From: Cyanobacteriota bacterium
GTDB lineage: Bacteria; Cyanobacteriota; Cyanobacteriia; Thermostichales; Thermostichaceae
NCBI GenBank assembly: GCA_033764955.1
Contig: JANRIL010000017.1
Span: 25,047 to 89,046, forward strand
Length of the DNA stretch: 64,000 nucleotides
Reading direction: 5' to 3'
The notes beneath the pieces were generated by a model. The model was given only the letters and a program-made list of their open reading frames with translations. It did not search any database and was not told where the DNA came from. Below, piece after piece: positions 10,643-20,307 of this stretch. Made by a program: the position numbers and the translations under genes. Every line of letters begins with the position of its first letter. Position 1 is the first letter of the stretch.

Positions 10643-11116
10643 ATGGTGCATCCTTTGGTTCCCCAGGTGCAATCCCTGGCTGAACCGATTGCTCAGCAAC
10701 TGGGCTATCAACTGGTTCAGGTGATCTTTCATACCCACCAGTCTCCCCCTGTGCTGCGGTTGGATATTCGTCCTCAGGATCCCAATCAAGATACCAGTCA
10801 TGCCGATTGTGAAGCTATGAGCCAAGCCCTAGCAGACTGTTTGGATCAAACGGATCTGGTGCCAGGGCACTATGTCCTGGAGATTTCCAGTCCGGGGGTG
10901 GACGAGCTATTGACCTCCGACCGCGATTTCTCCGTGTTTCGGGGCTTCCCGGTGGAGGTAACAGTGGATCCCCCCCACAAGGGCAAACAACAATGGCTAG
11001 GGCATTTGTTGGGGCGGGATGCCGATTTTGTCTTCCTCTCCCAAAAAGGACGGCGGATTCAACTGCCACGGGCTAGCGTGCAACGGGTGTTGCTGCGGGA
11101 AGGGGAGGAAAGTTAA
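10643..11116 (+). CDS. rimP: Ribosome maturation factor RimP
   Basis: DCEAMS and YVLEISSPG motifs; upstream of nusA. Confidence 0.95.
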   Translation: MVHPLVPQVQSLAEPIAQQLGYQLVQVIFHTHQSPPVLRLDIRPQDPNQDTSHADCEAMSQALADCLDQTDLVPGHYVLEISSPGVDELLTSDRDFSVFRGFPVEVTVDPPHKGKQQWLGHLLGRDADFVFLSQKGRRIQLPRASVQRVLLREGEES

Positions 11117-11206
11117 GTGGCTTTGGCTCGTCCAGGCTAAGGGATTTTGTCTGAGGGGTTTTGTCTACTGAGTTGTCTTGGTGTTGAGTTTTCAGGAGAA
11201 CCATTC

Positions 11207-12577
11207 ATGTCTATGGTGCCTCTGCCGGGATTGGCAGAAATGGTGGAAGTGATCAGCCGCGAGCGCAATTTGCCACGGGTAGCTGTGACCGACGCCATCC
11301 AAGAAGCCCTTCTCAAGGGATACGAGCGCTATCGCAAAACCCTACAACGGGATAGCAGCGTCTTTGAGGAGGGATATTTCAATAACTTTGAGGTGGAGCT
11401 GGATGTAGAGGCGGGGGGCTTTCGCATCTTGGCCACCAAAGCAATTGTGGAAGAGGTGGAAGTGCCGGATCACCAAATCTCCCTCTACGATGTGCGGCAG
11501 GATTATCCTGAAGCGGAAGTGGGCTGGGAAGTGACCGATGATGTGACTCCTGAGCAGGCGGAATTTGGCCGGATGGCGGCGATCCAAACCAAGCAAGTCC
11601 TGGCGCAAAAGCTGCGGGATCAACAGCGTCGCTTGATCCAAGAAGAGTTTCGAGAATTGGAAAATACGGTGTTGCAGGCGCGGGTGCTGCGGATGGAGCG
11701 GCAAACCGTGATTATGGGGGTGACCAGTGGGTTTGGGCAGCCGGAGGTGGAGGCGGAGTTGCCCAAGCGGGAGCAACTGGCCAGTGACCGCTATACCCCC
11801 AATGCGGTGATGCGGGTCTATCTCAAAAAAGTGTATGAGGGATCCCGGCGGGGACCCCAGTTGTTGGTGTCGCGGGCGGATGCGGGGTTGGTGGTGTATC
11901 TATTTGCCAACGAAGTGCCTGAGATTGAAGATGAGGTGGTGCGGATTGTGGCCGTAGCACGGGAAGCCAATCCCCCCTCCCGCAATGTTGGCCCGCGCAC
12001 CAAGATCGCCGTCGATACCCTCGAGCGGGATGTGGATCCGGTGGGCGCTTGTATCGGAGCTAGGGGATCCCGTATTCAGGCGGTGGTGGCGGAACTGCGG
12101 AACGAAAAAATCGATGTGATTCGCTGGTCGCCGGATCCCGCCACCTACATCGCCAATGCCCTCAGTCCGGCTCGGATTGTGGAGGTGCGCTTAGTGGATC
12201 CCGAAATTCAACAGGCTCATGTTTTAGTCCCAGGGGATCAACTGAGCTTGGCGATTGGCAAAGAGGGGCAAAATGTCCGATTGGCTGCTCGTCTGACGGG
12301 GTGGAAAATCGACATCAAAGAAGTGGAAAGCTACCGCACGGCGGCGGCGGAAGCGGCGGCGGCGGGTTTGGCCTATCCGATCCTCAGTCAGCGGGCTACC
12401 CCCACTCCTCTGCGAGGACGCAGTGTTGCCGATCTTGTCCCCGACAATCGGGATCCCTATGACGAGTATGAAGAAGAGGAGGATCTCTACGAGGACGATC
12501 TCACCGATGAGCTAGAAGACTGGGAGGATGAGGAGTTTGACTACGACGCCGAATTTGATATCGCCTCTCCAGCCTAG
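11207..12577 (+). CDS. nusA: Transcription termination/antitermination factor NusA
   Basis: FGRMAAIQTKQV, DPVGACIGARGSRIQ and SLAIGKEGQNVRLAA motifs; acidic tail. Confidence 0.97.
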   Translation: MSMVPLPGLAEMVEVISRERNLPRVAVTDAIQEALLKGYERYRKTLQRDSSVFEEGYFNNFEVELDVEAGGFRILATKAIVEEVEVPDHQISLYDVRQDYPEAEVGWEVTDDVTPEQAEFGRMAAIQTKQVLAQKLRDQQRRLIQEEFRELENTVLQARVLRMERQTVIMGVTSGFGQPEVEAELPKREQLASDRYTPNAVMRVYLKKVYEGSRRGPQLLVSRADAGLVVYLFANEVPEIEDEVVRIVAVAREANPPSRNVGPRTKIAVDTLERDVDPVGACIGARGSRIQAVVAELRNEKIDVIRWSPDPATYIANALSPARIVEVRLVDPEIQQAHVLVPGDQLSLAIGKEGQNVRLAARLTGWKIDIKEVESYRTAAAEAAAAGLAYPILSQRATPTPLRGRSVADLVPDNRDPYDEYEEEEDLYEDDLTDELEDWEDEEFDYDAEFDIASPA

Positions 12578-12649
12578 GACTAGTTAGGGGATCCCTCCTC
12601 AGCTTGCTGCGATTTCCTGATTGCCCTTTTTCTCTGGGTTTCTCCTGTT

Positions 12650-13456
12650 ATGACGGTTACCCTCCCCCCCCACTTCACCCTTTCGGCTTCCTCCCTGAAA
12701 CTTCTGGATCAATGTCCACGCCTGTTTCGCTTTGTCTATGGGGAGCACCTGATTTGGCCGGTTGCCGAGGCGATAACTCCTACCGACGATGCCGAACGGG
12801 GCAAGCTGTTTCATCGCTTGGTGGAACTGCACAGTCGCGGTCGCTCCATCGATCCCGCCTTGTTAGCGGCTCTCGATCCGGTGATGCGGGGATGGTGGCA
12901 GACCTTTCTGGCTAGCCCCCACGCCCACCCTAGGGGCACCGTTTACAGTGAGTTACCCCTCTGGACACGGATCGGCGGGATGAACGTCATGGCGGTTTTG
13001 GATCGGCTGGTTTGGCAAGGGGAAACCGCCCAGATTGTGGATTGGAAAACCGATCAGATTCGCCCACCCGACCGTCGATTGGCCGAAAGCTGGCAGGTGA
13101 GACTCTACCCTCTCTTGGTTTGTCGGGTTGGGATCCGCTCCCATCCACCTATCGATCCTGACCGTCTGGAGATGACGATTTGGTATGTTAACGATCCCGA
13201 TCGCCCCTATCATCGGCGCTACAGCCGTCGTCAATGGGAGCAGGATCAGCAGTATCTACTCGACCGACTGGAGCGGATCCCGTTGCTGGCTCAGCAAAAC
13301 TTTCCCCGTACCTCCCACACCCAGATCTGCTCCGGTTGTGGTTTTCGCCGCCGCTGTTATGGGTTGCCGCCGGAGGAGGAGGACTGGCAAGCGTGGGGGA
13401 TCTTGGAGGAAGAAGGGTTGGGGATCCATCCCCCTTCGGTTGAGTTGGATTTCTGA
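12650..13456 (+). CDS. PD-(D/E)xK nuclease (AddB/Cas4-like, probable 4Fe-4S)
   Basis: QCPR ... GKLFH ... ELPL ... LDRL ... IVDWKT ... Q-x-x-x-Y ... CSGCGFRRRC. Confidence 0.85.
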   Translation: MTVTLPPHFTLSASSLKLLDQCPRLFRFVYGEHLIWPVAEAITPTDDAERGKLFHRLVELHSRGRSIDPALLAALDPVMRGWWQTFLASPHAHPRGTVYSELPLWTRIGGMNVMAVLDRLVWQGETAQIVDWKTDQIRPPDRRLAESWQVRLYPLLVCRVGIRSHPPIDPDRLEMTIWYVNDPDRPYHRRYSRRQWEQDQQYLLDRLERIPLLAQQNFPRTSHTQICSGCGFRRRCYGLPPEEEDWQAWGILEEEGLGIHPPSVELDF

Positions 13457-13599
13457 GTTGAATTTTTGGGCAGAGGCAATCGACTAGACTCTAGACAGAG
13501 CTACCTTTCCGCCCTCTAGCCCGTGGCCACCACCTCATCCCCTTTGCTGCGGGCACCCGTTTCGCCTGACCGCCTACTTTCTTTACATTCCCTAGGTCT

Positions 13600-15234
13600 A
13601 TGTCCGTTTTCACTACCGCCACCCTGCGTCGCTTACAAAAACTACCCCAAATCCCCGCGGTCTGGGAGGGGGATCGTCGTCCCTTGCAGGAGGGCTTTCC
13701 GGCTCCTCTTTTGGGGGCATCGCCTCGTGGGGAGAGTGAGTGCATTCTCTGGGTGGATGGATCCCAAGGGGTGGTGCGCTCGATGGATGTGGTGCCGATG
13801 GATGCCGGCATGGAGGTGATGGTGCGCTCCCTGTTACAGGCGATGGAGCATCCCCACAGTGCCAAGCCCGCTCGTCCCCAAAAAATTGTGGTGCGGAATC
13901 GGGAGGTGCAGTTTTTTTTGCGGGGCATTTTGCAAGATCTCGATATCAAAATTGACTGTCAGGCCGATCTGCCCCTAATTGATGAGATTTTTGAAAGTTT
14001 TGGAGCCTCCCTCGAACCCCTCGAACCCAACCTGCCTCCAGAATTGCAGACGCTGCTAGAAATCAAAGCGCGGCAAATTTGGCAAGATGCTCCCTGGGAT
14101 TACCTGGAAGATCATCAGGTTTTAGAAATTCAACTGAAGCAGTGGGATCTCGATACCCTCTACGTATCTGTGATGGGGATGCTGGGCATGGAGCATGGGG
14201 TGTTGTTTTATCGATCCCTTGATTCGATGAAGCAGTTCCGGCATTGGGTGGCTAGCCAGCCCTCCCCCGATGTGATGGAGGAAGCCTTTCTCAGCCAAGA
14301 TTGCCTGTTCCTCAACTACAGTGCTGCCGATCCGGAATTAGAAGCGGAGGACATTGTTCTATCTGGTCTGCCTCCAGAGGAGATTGAACCTACCTTTGGC
14401 ACTATTCATCCTCTAGAGGGCTTGCGACCTTTACTGCAAGCGGAGGAGGGGTTGGCCTTAGTTGTTATGCTGGAGGCTTTGCATCGCTTTTTCCAACAGA
14501 CGGGCAGGGTGTTAGCCAACGACTTTGTTCCCGAAACTCGCCGCTTCCGCATTCCCCACCCACAACCGGCAGGAGATCGCCAAACGATTTCGGTGCAGGT
14601 CAGGACGCTCCCGGATCTGGCCACAGAATTGTTGGCTATGGGGGAAGCAGAGGAGGGAGGTCTTCCCACCGTCCTGTTGCGGGAGGATCTGCTGCCGGAC
14701 AAAGCTCACCTAGCGATAGGGATGATTCCCTGGTCGGTGGTGGAGGCTCTGCGGCTGATGGGGTTGCTCTACCCCATTCCTGAGCAGGAGATTGTGACGG
14801 AGGGGGATGGCTTTCCGGTAGTGATTGTTCAAACCACCCGTCCCAAAGCCAAGGTCTTGATCGAACACCTGCGAGAAGCGGGATCCCCTCAGGCTCTCTG
14901 TTTTAATGATGGGGTGGATCCGTGGAGCGGGGAGCGCTACGACCTGGAAATTATCCAGACGGGCAACGGAGAGCTGCATTTATTTGGAGAGTTTCTGCAA
15001 GAGGATCCCACCCATGTCATGGCTCGTCGGCGATGGGATCGCCGTTGTCAATTGACAGGTAAAAATTGTGGGTTGTTGATTGCGATGGGATCCACCAGCG
15101 TCAAGCAAGACGGACTGCAACTACGGCACATGTTGGCACTCTTTCAGCTTCGCTCCTTGACCCCAACGGATTTGGGACTGGGCACGATTGTCCGTATGCC
15201 CCTTGGCTCAGACATCATGGGGGAAGCAGATTGA
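13600..15234 (+). CDS. Conserved cyanobacterial hypothetical protein (DUF6930-like)
   Basis: RRLQKLPQIPAVWEGDRR start, RPQKIVVRNRE, and VSVMGMLGMEHG motifs recalled from this family. Confidence 0.7.
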   Translation: MSVFTTATLRRLQKLPQIPAVWEGDRRPLQEGFPAPLLGASPRGESECILWVDGSQGVVRSMDVVPMDAGMEVMVRSLLQAMEHPHSAKPARPQKIVVRNREVQFFLRGILQDLDIKIDCQADLPLIDEIFESFGASLEPLEPNLPPELQTLLEIKARQIWQDAPWDYLEDHQVLEIQLKQWDLDTLYVSVMGMLGMEHGVLFYRSLDSMKQFRHWVASQPSPDVMEEAFLSQDCLFLNYSAADPELEAEDIVLSGLPPEEIEPTFGTIHPLEGLRPLLQAEEGLALVVMLEALHRFFQQTGRVLANDFVPETRRFRIPHPQPAGDRQTISVQVRTLPDLATELLAMGEAEEGGLPTVLLREDLLPDKAHLAIGMIPWSVVEALRLMGLLYPIPEQEIVTEGDGFPVVIVQTTRPKAKVLIEHLREAGSPQALCFNDGVDPWSGERYDLEIIQTGNGELHLFGEFLQEDPTHVMARRRWDRRCQLTGKNCGLLIAMGSTSVKQDGLQLRHMLALFQLRSLTPTDLGLGTIVRMPLGSDIMGEAD

Positions 15235-15243
15235 GGATTCTGG

Positions 15244-16683
15244 TCAGGCGGCAGGATCCCGCCGGAGGGGTTGGGTCATCTGCCAGGTGAGTAATCCCGC
15301 TAGACCGACAATCCCCGACAATCCCCACAGCACCGGCGGGAGTCCGTAGTAGGTTTCGGCCACTCCCGCCAAGACGAGGGGCAAGCTGAGGGCAATGTTG
15401 GCTAAGTTATTTTGCAGACCAAACACTTTTCCCCGCAGATCGGCGGGGGTTTCCTCTTGGATCACCGTCTGCATGGGGATCACAACCCAGGATCCCGCCA
15501 GTCCTACCCCGGCAATCACGATCAGGGTGCTGGGTAGGGATAGGATGGCTTCTGGTAAGAGGGCTAACAATACGGCAATACCTAAGGATCCCCACAAACT
15601 CCAATGTCGCCGACTCATAGAGTGCCCGCTATGCCCCACCCAAAAGGCTCCCATCCCCATCCCCACCCCCGCCGCCGCCAGTAAAAAGCCAAACTGCGTC
15701 GCTTTTAAGCCAGGGATTAACTCCGCCATCCGCACCGCTAACACTGCTACCGCCGCAAACACCGAATAGAGGGTAATGATTTGGATCATGGCGGAGCGAA
15801 CTACTGGGGTAGCCTGTAAATAGGTTAATCCGGCTTGAATATCTTGCCAAAGGTGGAACTCCTGGGATCCCCGATCTGCCTCCTGAGTATGCAGACCTAA
15901 CAAAATGGCGGCGGCGACGATATAGGCTCCCCCCACCACCAGCGTTGCCCCAAAATCCGCCGTCGGCCAGAATCGCCGCAGCAGGTGATCGGCCAGAGCC
16001 AAAAGCGGATCTCCAATGGCGAACCCCAGGATGACCGATCCCATCATGGTGGTGGTATAGAGGGAATTGGCTGACAACAGTTGCGGTTTTGCCACAACCA
16101 GAGGAATCGCCGACTGTTCCGCCGGAGCAAAATATTGAGTGAGGGTAGAAACGGAGAAGGTGATCACCAACAGCTCCACAAACCCCATCGGGATCCCCCC
16201 CCAAATCTCTTGCCCCTGAGCCATCCACAGCAAAAGGGGGATCCCCAGCACCAAGCACCCTCGTAGCAGGTTAGAGATAACCATCACGCCTTTCTTAGAC
16301 CAGCGATCCACATACACCCCCGCCAGAGTGCCAAAGAAAATCGCGGGCAATGTCGAGGCCACCATCACCGCTGCCACCCAGCGACTAATCGATTGCCCCG
16401 CCGCCTGAAAGTGGCTGGAAATTAAGCTAATCATCAACACCAGCAGCACCTTATCGGCAAGCTGGGAAAAAACCTGGCCACTCCACAACAGCAAGAAATT
16501 GCGGTTGGCAAGAACGGCCCGATAGTGGCTGAACCCCGTCAAAGCAGGAACAGGATCCGCTATGGGCTGCATATCGGGGGAAAGAGGATCATCGGCTCGA
16601 TCGAGTAATTGCTCTGGCTCACGCTCCAATAAGGCGGGGCTGACCGCCGCCGGGGGGGCATCTTGTTTGCACTCTCGATCCAT
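15244..16683 (-). CDS. MFS transporter
   Basis: NFLLLWSGQVFSQLAD, AGVYVDRW and LRGKVFG motifs; about 12 transmembrane segments. Confidence 0.9.
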   Translation of the reverse strand: MDRECKQDAPPAAVSPALLEREPEQLLDRADDPLSPDMQPIADPVPALTGFSHYRAVLANRNFLLLWSGQVFSQLADKVLLVLMISLISSHFQAAGQSISRWVAAVMVASTLPAIFFGTLAGVYVDRWSKKGVMVISNLLRGCLVLGIPLLLWMAQGQEIWGGIPMGFVELLVITFSVSTLTQYFAPAEQSAIPLVVAKPQLLSANSLYTTTMMGSVILGFAIGDPLLALADHLLRRFWPTADFGATLVVGGAYIVAAAILLGLHTQEADRGSQEFHLWQDIQAGLTYLQATPVVRSAMIQIITLYSVFAAVAVLAVRMAELIPGLKATQFGFLLAAAGVGMGMGAFWVGHSGHSMSRRHWSLWGSLGIAVLLALLPEAILSLPSTLIVIAGVGLAGSWVVIPMQTVIQEETPADLRGKVFGLQNNLANIALSLPLVLAGVAETYYGLPPVLWGLSGIVGLAGLLTWQMTQPLRRDPAA

Positions 16684-16900
16684 AGCGCTCCCGTCACATT
16701 AGCACCCCATTTTCACCTGTTTAGGACTAGCCCTTGAGGGTATCCGATGACCGGCCTCAATGTTGGCGAGCACTAGCAGTGAAATGAAAGACTGACCAGA
16801 GAGGGCAGAGAATCGGTTCTCCTCCATGCCTGTCCTCCGGCTTGCCTAATCTTAACCTGGGATCCGAACGATTCTGGCAACAATCTCTGGGCTGAGAGAT

Positions 16901-17233
16901 CTAGGGATTAGCGACTTCAGAGGCCAAGGGATCCGCGATTTCGTTGCTGGGGGCAACAAACTCCCCCATTTCCACCAGGGTGAGGCGGATTTTTAACCAA
17001 CGAATAAAATCCAGATCCGTAGAGACAACCGCCGCCCTCTCCTCCGGCAGACGAGCAGCTATAGGCTTGAGGGCAGGGGATCCCAAGAAAGCAGGCTGAA
17101 TCACATAGTAAAAGTCAACAGCTTTTCCCTGCTCCTGATAGTGGCGAGTGCGTTCCTCCAACACCTCCTGCAAAGGCTCTGACTGGAGAAATTCCTGGCT
17201 AGCCGCTAAAAAATAATAGGTTTGACTGGTCAT
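16901..17233 (-). CDS. ycf54: Ycf54, Mg-protoporphyrin monomethyl ester cyclase auxiliary protein
   Basis: TYYFLAASQEFL, EPLQEVLEER and FIRWLKIRL motifs. Confidence 0.9.
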   Translation of the reverse strand: MTSQTYYFLAASQEFLQSEPLQEVLEERTRHYQEQGKAVDFYYVIQPAFLGSPALKPIAARLPEERAAVVSTDLDFIRWLKIRLTLVEMGEFVAPSNEIADPLASEVANP

Positions 17234-17293
17234 GGTTAAAGATACTCTGGGCAAAGCCCATAGACATTGCGGCAACTTCCGTTAGCCGTCGAG

Positions 17294-17713
17294 TTAGGCT
17301 GATTTGCAGAGAGCTAGTATCGAATCATGCAGAGGAACAGACTGGCAGTCATAGGCCTTGTGCTGGATGGGGGGAAGTTGGTGACTTTGATCCTGTTGCC
17401 AGGGGAGAGCCGACTTGGGTTGAGGGTGGGATAACACCGCCAAAGCTTGTGTAGCCCAGGTTTGCGCCCAAGATGGAGAACCAGCCGCCATTTCTTGACA
17501 CAGAGCGGTGGCTCGCTCTAAATCACCACTCCGCTCATAAGCCGCTACCAGCGAAACCCCTGCCAGTAGACAGTCTTCCGAGGAAGCTTCTTCGGCATGA
17601 TCCGGCAAATGGCAACAGTAACAAAAAGCTTCCAGTAAATTGATGGCCTCCAGGTAACGTTCCTGTTTGAGGGCTTCAATTCCAGATCGAAGGGATCCAG
17701 AGGGAATGTGCAT
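17294..17713 (-). CDS. TPR-like hypothetical protein
   Basis: GIEALKQERYLEAINLLE ... LVAAYERSGDLERATALCQ helical-repeat pattern. Confidence 0.6.
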   Translation of the reverse strand: MHIPSGSLRSGIEALKQERYLEAINLLEAFCYCCHLPDHAEEASSEDCLLAGVSLVAAYERSGDLERATALCQEMAAGSPSWAQTWATQALAVLSHPQPKSALPWQQDQSHQLPPIQHKAYDCQSVPLHDSILALCKSA

Positions 17714-18049
17714 AGATTGTTAAACCATCAACAAGTAAACCGCACAAAAAGGCTGGAGAAAAGACTATGGTCACCTAGGATAGAAATCTATTGGGTTTAG
17801 CCTGCCATACCATTTTTGTCGGGGTGGTTGGGTGAAACAGTGAGTATTTCTTATGACCATACTACGCGAATTTTGCCATCTGGATCACCTCCGTCGATTT
17901 CCTCTCGATCCGGTTTTCCCCAGGGTTCGGGCTAGGAGCCAGTCGGGAGGGTGGTTTAGAACCGTCCGCCCTGCTAGGTTCCTACGAGCAAATCAGGCCA
18001 TCCTTCAGGAGAGATGGTATCCTATGCTATTGATATCTTCCTTTGATTG

Positions 18050-18982
18050 ATGCCAGATCGCCTTGACACTACAACAATTCGTCATGCCTTGGAGTGGGGT
18101 TCTCAGGAGTCTGGATCGAGATCCCTGCAACCTATGACTAGCCTTCCATTCGTGCCAGTTGGGCAAGAACCTACGTCATCGGCTCGTGCTGATGTCATAG
18201 CGGTGGGTGGTGCGGAAGATAAAGAAAATGAAAAGCAGATCCTTTGGGATTTTTTTCGACGGGCGGGTGGAGAGCAGTCTCTCATCACCATTGTGCCTGC
18301 TGCCTCCGGGATCCCGGACGTTTTGGGGGAGCTTTATCACAAGATTTTTGTGGGGATGGGAGTAGACCGCGAACATGTGCAGGTGCTCGACATTCGCAAT
18401 CCCATCGAAGCCCGCAATCCCAGTGCTGCCGAGTTGGTGTTACGCAGCACGGGACTTTATTTCACGGGGGGAGATCAGGAGCGATTATCAGAGGTGTTGG
18501 CTCAAACCGAACTCATGGAAGTGATGCGGCAGCAGTCGTTGCTGGGCAAATTGGTGATTGCCGGAACCAGTGCGGGAGCCTCAGCTTTGGGACATCAAAT
18601 GATTTCTAGGGGCTATAGCGGCGAATCGCCCACGCCCGCCATTGTCACCATGAAAATGGGTCTAGGAATCCTCCCCCACGTCATCGTGGATCAGCACTTT
18701 CATCAACGCAATCGCTTGGTTCGCCTGATTACGGCTGTTGCCTATCACCCCCACTGTCTGGGCATCGGCATTGATGAAAATACGGCTGCCATTATTCGCG
18801 CTAATGACACCATCGAGGTGATCGGAGCGGGAACCGTCACCATCGTGGATGGGGGCGACCTGGTCTCAACGGTCGAGATGACTCCCCCCGATCAGCTCTA
18901 CAGTCTACAGAATGCCAGAATTCACTTTTTGGCTCCTGGTGCTGTGTTCAACATCAAAAGCAAAACCCTCCTCGCCCATTAG
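18050..18982 (+). CDS. cphB: Cyanophycinase (peptidase S51)
   Basis: GGAEDK, FTGGDQ, GTSAGA (catalytic Ser), VDQHF and GIDENT motifs; start uncertain (18050 or 18134). Confidence 0.9.
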   Translation: MPDRLDTTTIRHALEWGSQESGSRSLQPMTSLPFVPVGQEPTSSARADVIAVGGAEDKENEKQILWDFFRRAGGEQSLITIVPAASGIPDVLGELYHKIFVGMGVDREHVQVLDIRNPIEARNPSAAELVLRSTGLYFTGGDQERLSEVLAQTELMEVMRQQSLLGKLVIAGTSAGASALGHQMISRGYSGESPTPAIVTMKMGLGILPHVIVDQHFHQRNRLVRLITAVAYHPHCLGIGIDENTAAIIRANDTIEVIGAGTVTIVDGGDLVSTVEMTPPDQLYSLQNARIHFLAPGAVFNIKSKTLLAH

Positions 18983-19263
18983 GGATCCCTCTCACCTAGT
19001 GGTAGGCGAGTTCCTAAGAATACGCTAACGCTACGCCCCACCAGTGACAGGATGTGGAGGCAGGATCCAGAGTAGACGGATTTTGTCAACTTCAAAAACC
19101 ACAGAGATGTGGAATTGGTGATAGTCATCACAACTTGATTCAAATCACAAACCGATGCGTAATTGCCTTCGTATTCCCTATAGATGAACACCAAGAGAGC
19201 CAATTATTCACGGCAACTAATCTAGGATTCATCCTCACCCAATACAAATTGATGGAGTCGGTT

Positions 19264-19500
19264 ATGAATACGGTACAACGCATTGCTTCTGTTGGAATCA
19301 GCACACTCACTCTGGTTACCCTGGGCACATCAATGGCTATGGCTAGTTCCGGTGGAGATCGCTTTGAACCTTTGCCCCAATCCCCTCGCCAAGGGACTCT
19401 CATTGCGGCTTCGACCTCTGATATGGGCTGGATGGGCAAACTTTCTTCTAATACGCTAGAGCAGTTGATTCAACAGGCTCAGGTGGGTAAAAAGAACTAG
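19264..19500 (+). CDS. Small secreted hypothetical protein
   Basis: MNTVQRIASVGISTLTLVTLGTSMAMA signal-peptide-like N-terminus; GGAG upstream of the ATG. Confidence 0.55.
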   Translation: MNTVQRIASVGISTLTLVTLGTSMAMASSGGDRFEPLPQSPRQGTLIAASTSDMGWMGKLSSNTLEQLIQQAQVGKKN

Positions 19501-19747
19501 AGTCTACTTTTTCCTCAAAGGGAAAATAGTGGTTAAATAGCTTCAAATAACTCCAAACAAACAAAATACTCTGATAGTTTTTGGGTGGAATAACATCTCC
19601 CCAAAGATTGTCAGAGTTATTTCTTGTTCCCCTCAAACTTGGCATCTCCAAACTGCTTTCTGGGCAGGGTGATAACGATTTTTTCACAATTGTCCAGTAA
19701 GATTGAGGGATCCCTTTCCCCAATGATCAGGTAGGTCGGGTGATACG

Positions 19748-20200
19748 ATGCGCTATTGGTTGATGAAATCGGAACCCACGGTCTACGGGATCCAACATCT
19801 GCGGCAACAGCAGCAGACCCTTTGGGATGGGGTGCGTAACTACCAAGCCCGCAACTTCTTGTTGGAAATGCAGGAGGGGGATTTGGCCTTCTTCTATCAT
19901 TCCAACAGTCAGCCCCCTGGCATTGCTGGGTTGATGCGGGTGATCGCCACTCAGATAGTGGATCCCAGCCAGTTTGACCCCATCAGTCCCTATGCCGATA
20001 GTAAAGCCACCCCGACCCAGCCCCGTTGGTGGACGGTGAAGGTGGAGTTTGTTGAAGAAATTTCGCCCCTTATTGATCTCACCCAACTCAAGCAGAGATT
20101 TTCGGGAGATGATCTCTGGGTGGTGCGACGGGGCAACCGTTTGTCCGTTATGCCCGTCGAAACCTGGGTGGCCGAGAATATTTTATCCCTGCGCAGCTAG
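19748..20200 (+). CDS. EVE domain protein
   Basis: YWLMKSEP, WDGVRNYQARN, FFYHS and RLSVMPV motifs. Confidence 0.95.
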   Translation: MRYWLMKSEPTVYGIQHLRQQQQTLWDGVRNYQARNFLLEMQEGDLAFFYHSNSQPPGIAGLMRVIATQIVDPSQFDPISPYADSKATPTQPRWWTVKVEFVEEISPLIDLTQLKQRFSGDDLWVVRRGNRLSVMPVETWVAENILSLRS

Positions 20201-20215
20201 AATCTGTCATCAATT

Positions 20216-20303
20216 CGATAACGACCACGTTGAGCTGCCCCAGCACTTTTTCGGATTCAACGAAGAGACTTGATACGGTCGGTGTACAACAGGATTGTTA
20301 TGC
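20216..20303 (-). mobile_element. attC-like site 1 (integron cassette recombination site, imperfect/chimeric)
   Basis: Minus strand reads GCATAAC-aatcctgttg...ggcagctcaacgtggtc-GTTATCG; it begins 4 nt after the serine hydrolase stop codon. Confidence 0.65.
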
Positions 20304-20307
20304 TGAG

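Noticed and set aside
12650..13456. Cas4-like nuclease as evidence of a CRISPR-Cas locus
   Set aside because: No repeat-spacer array or other cas genes were seen in the window; solo PD-(D/E)xK nucleases are common.
19500..19725. AT-rich intergenic stretch as a possible gene remnant
   Set aside because: No frame gave a recognisable protein, and no repeats or att-like sites were seen.
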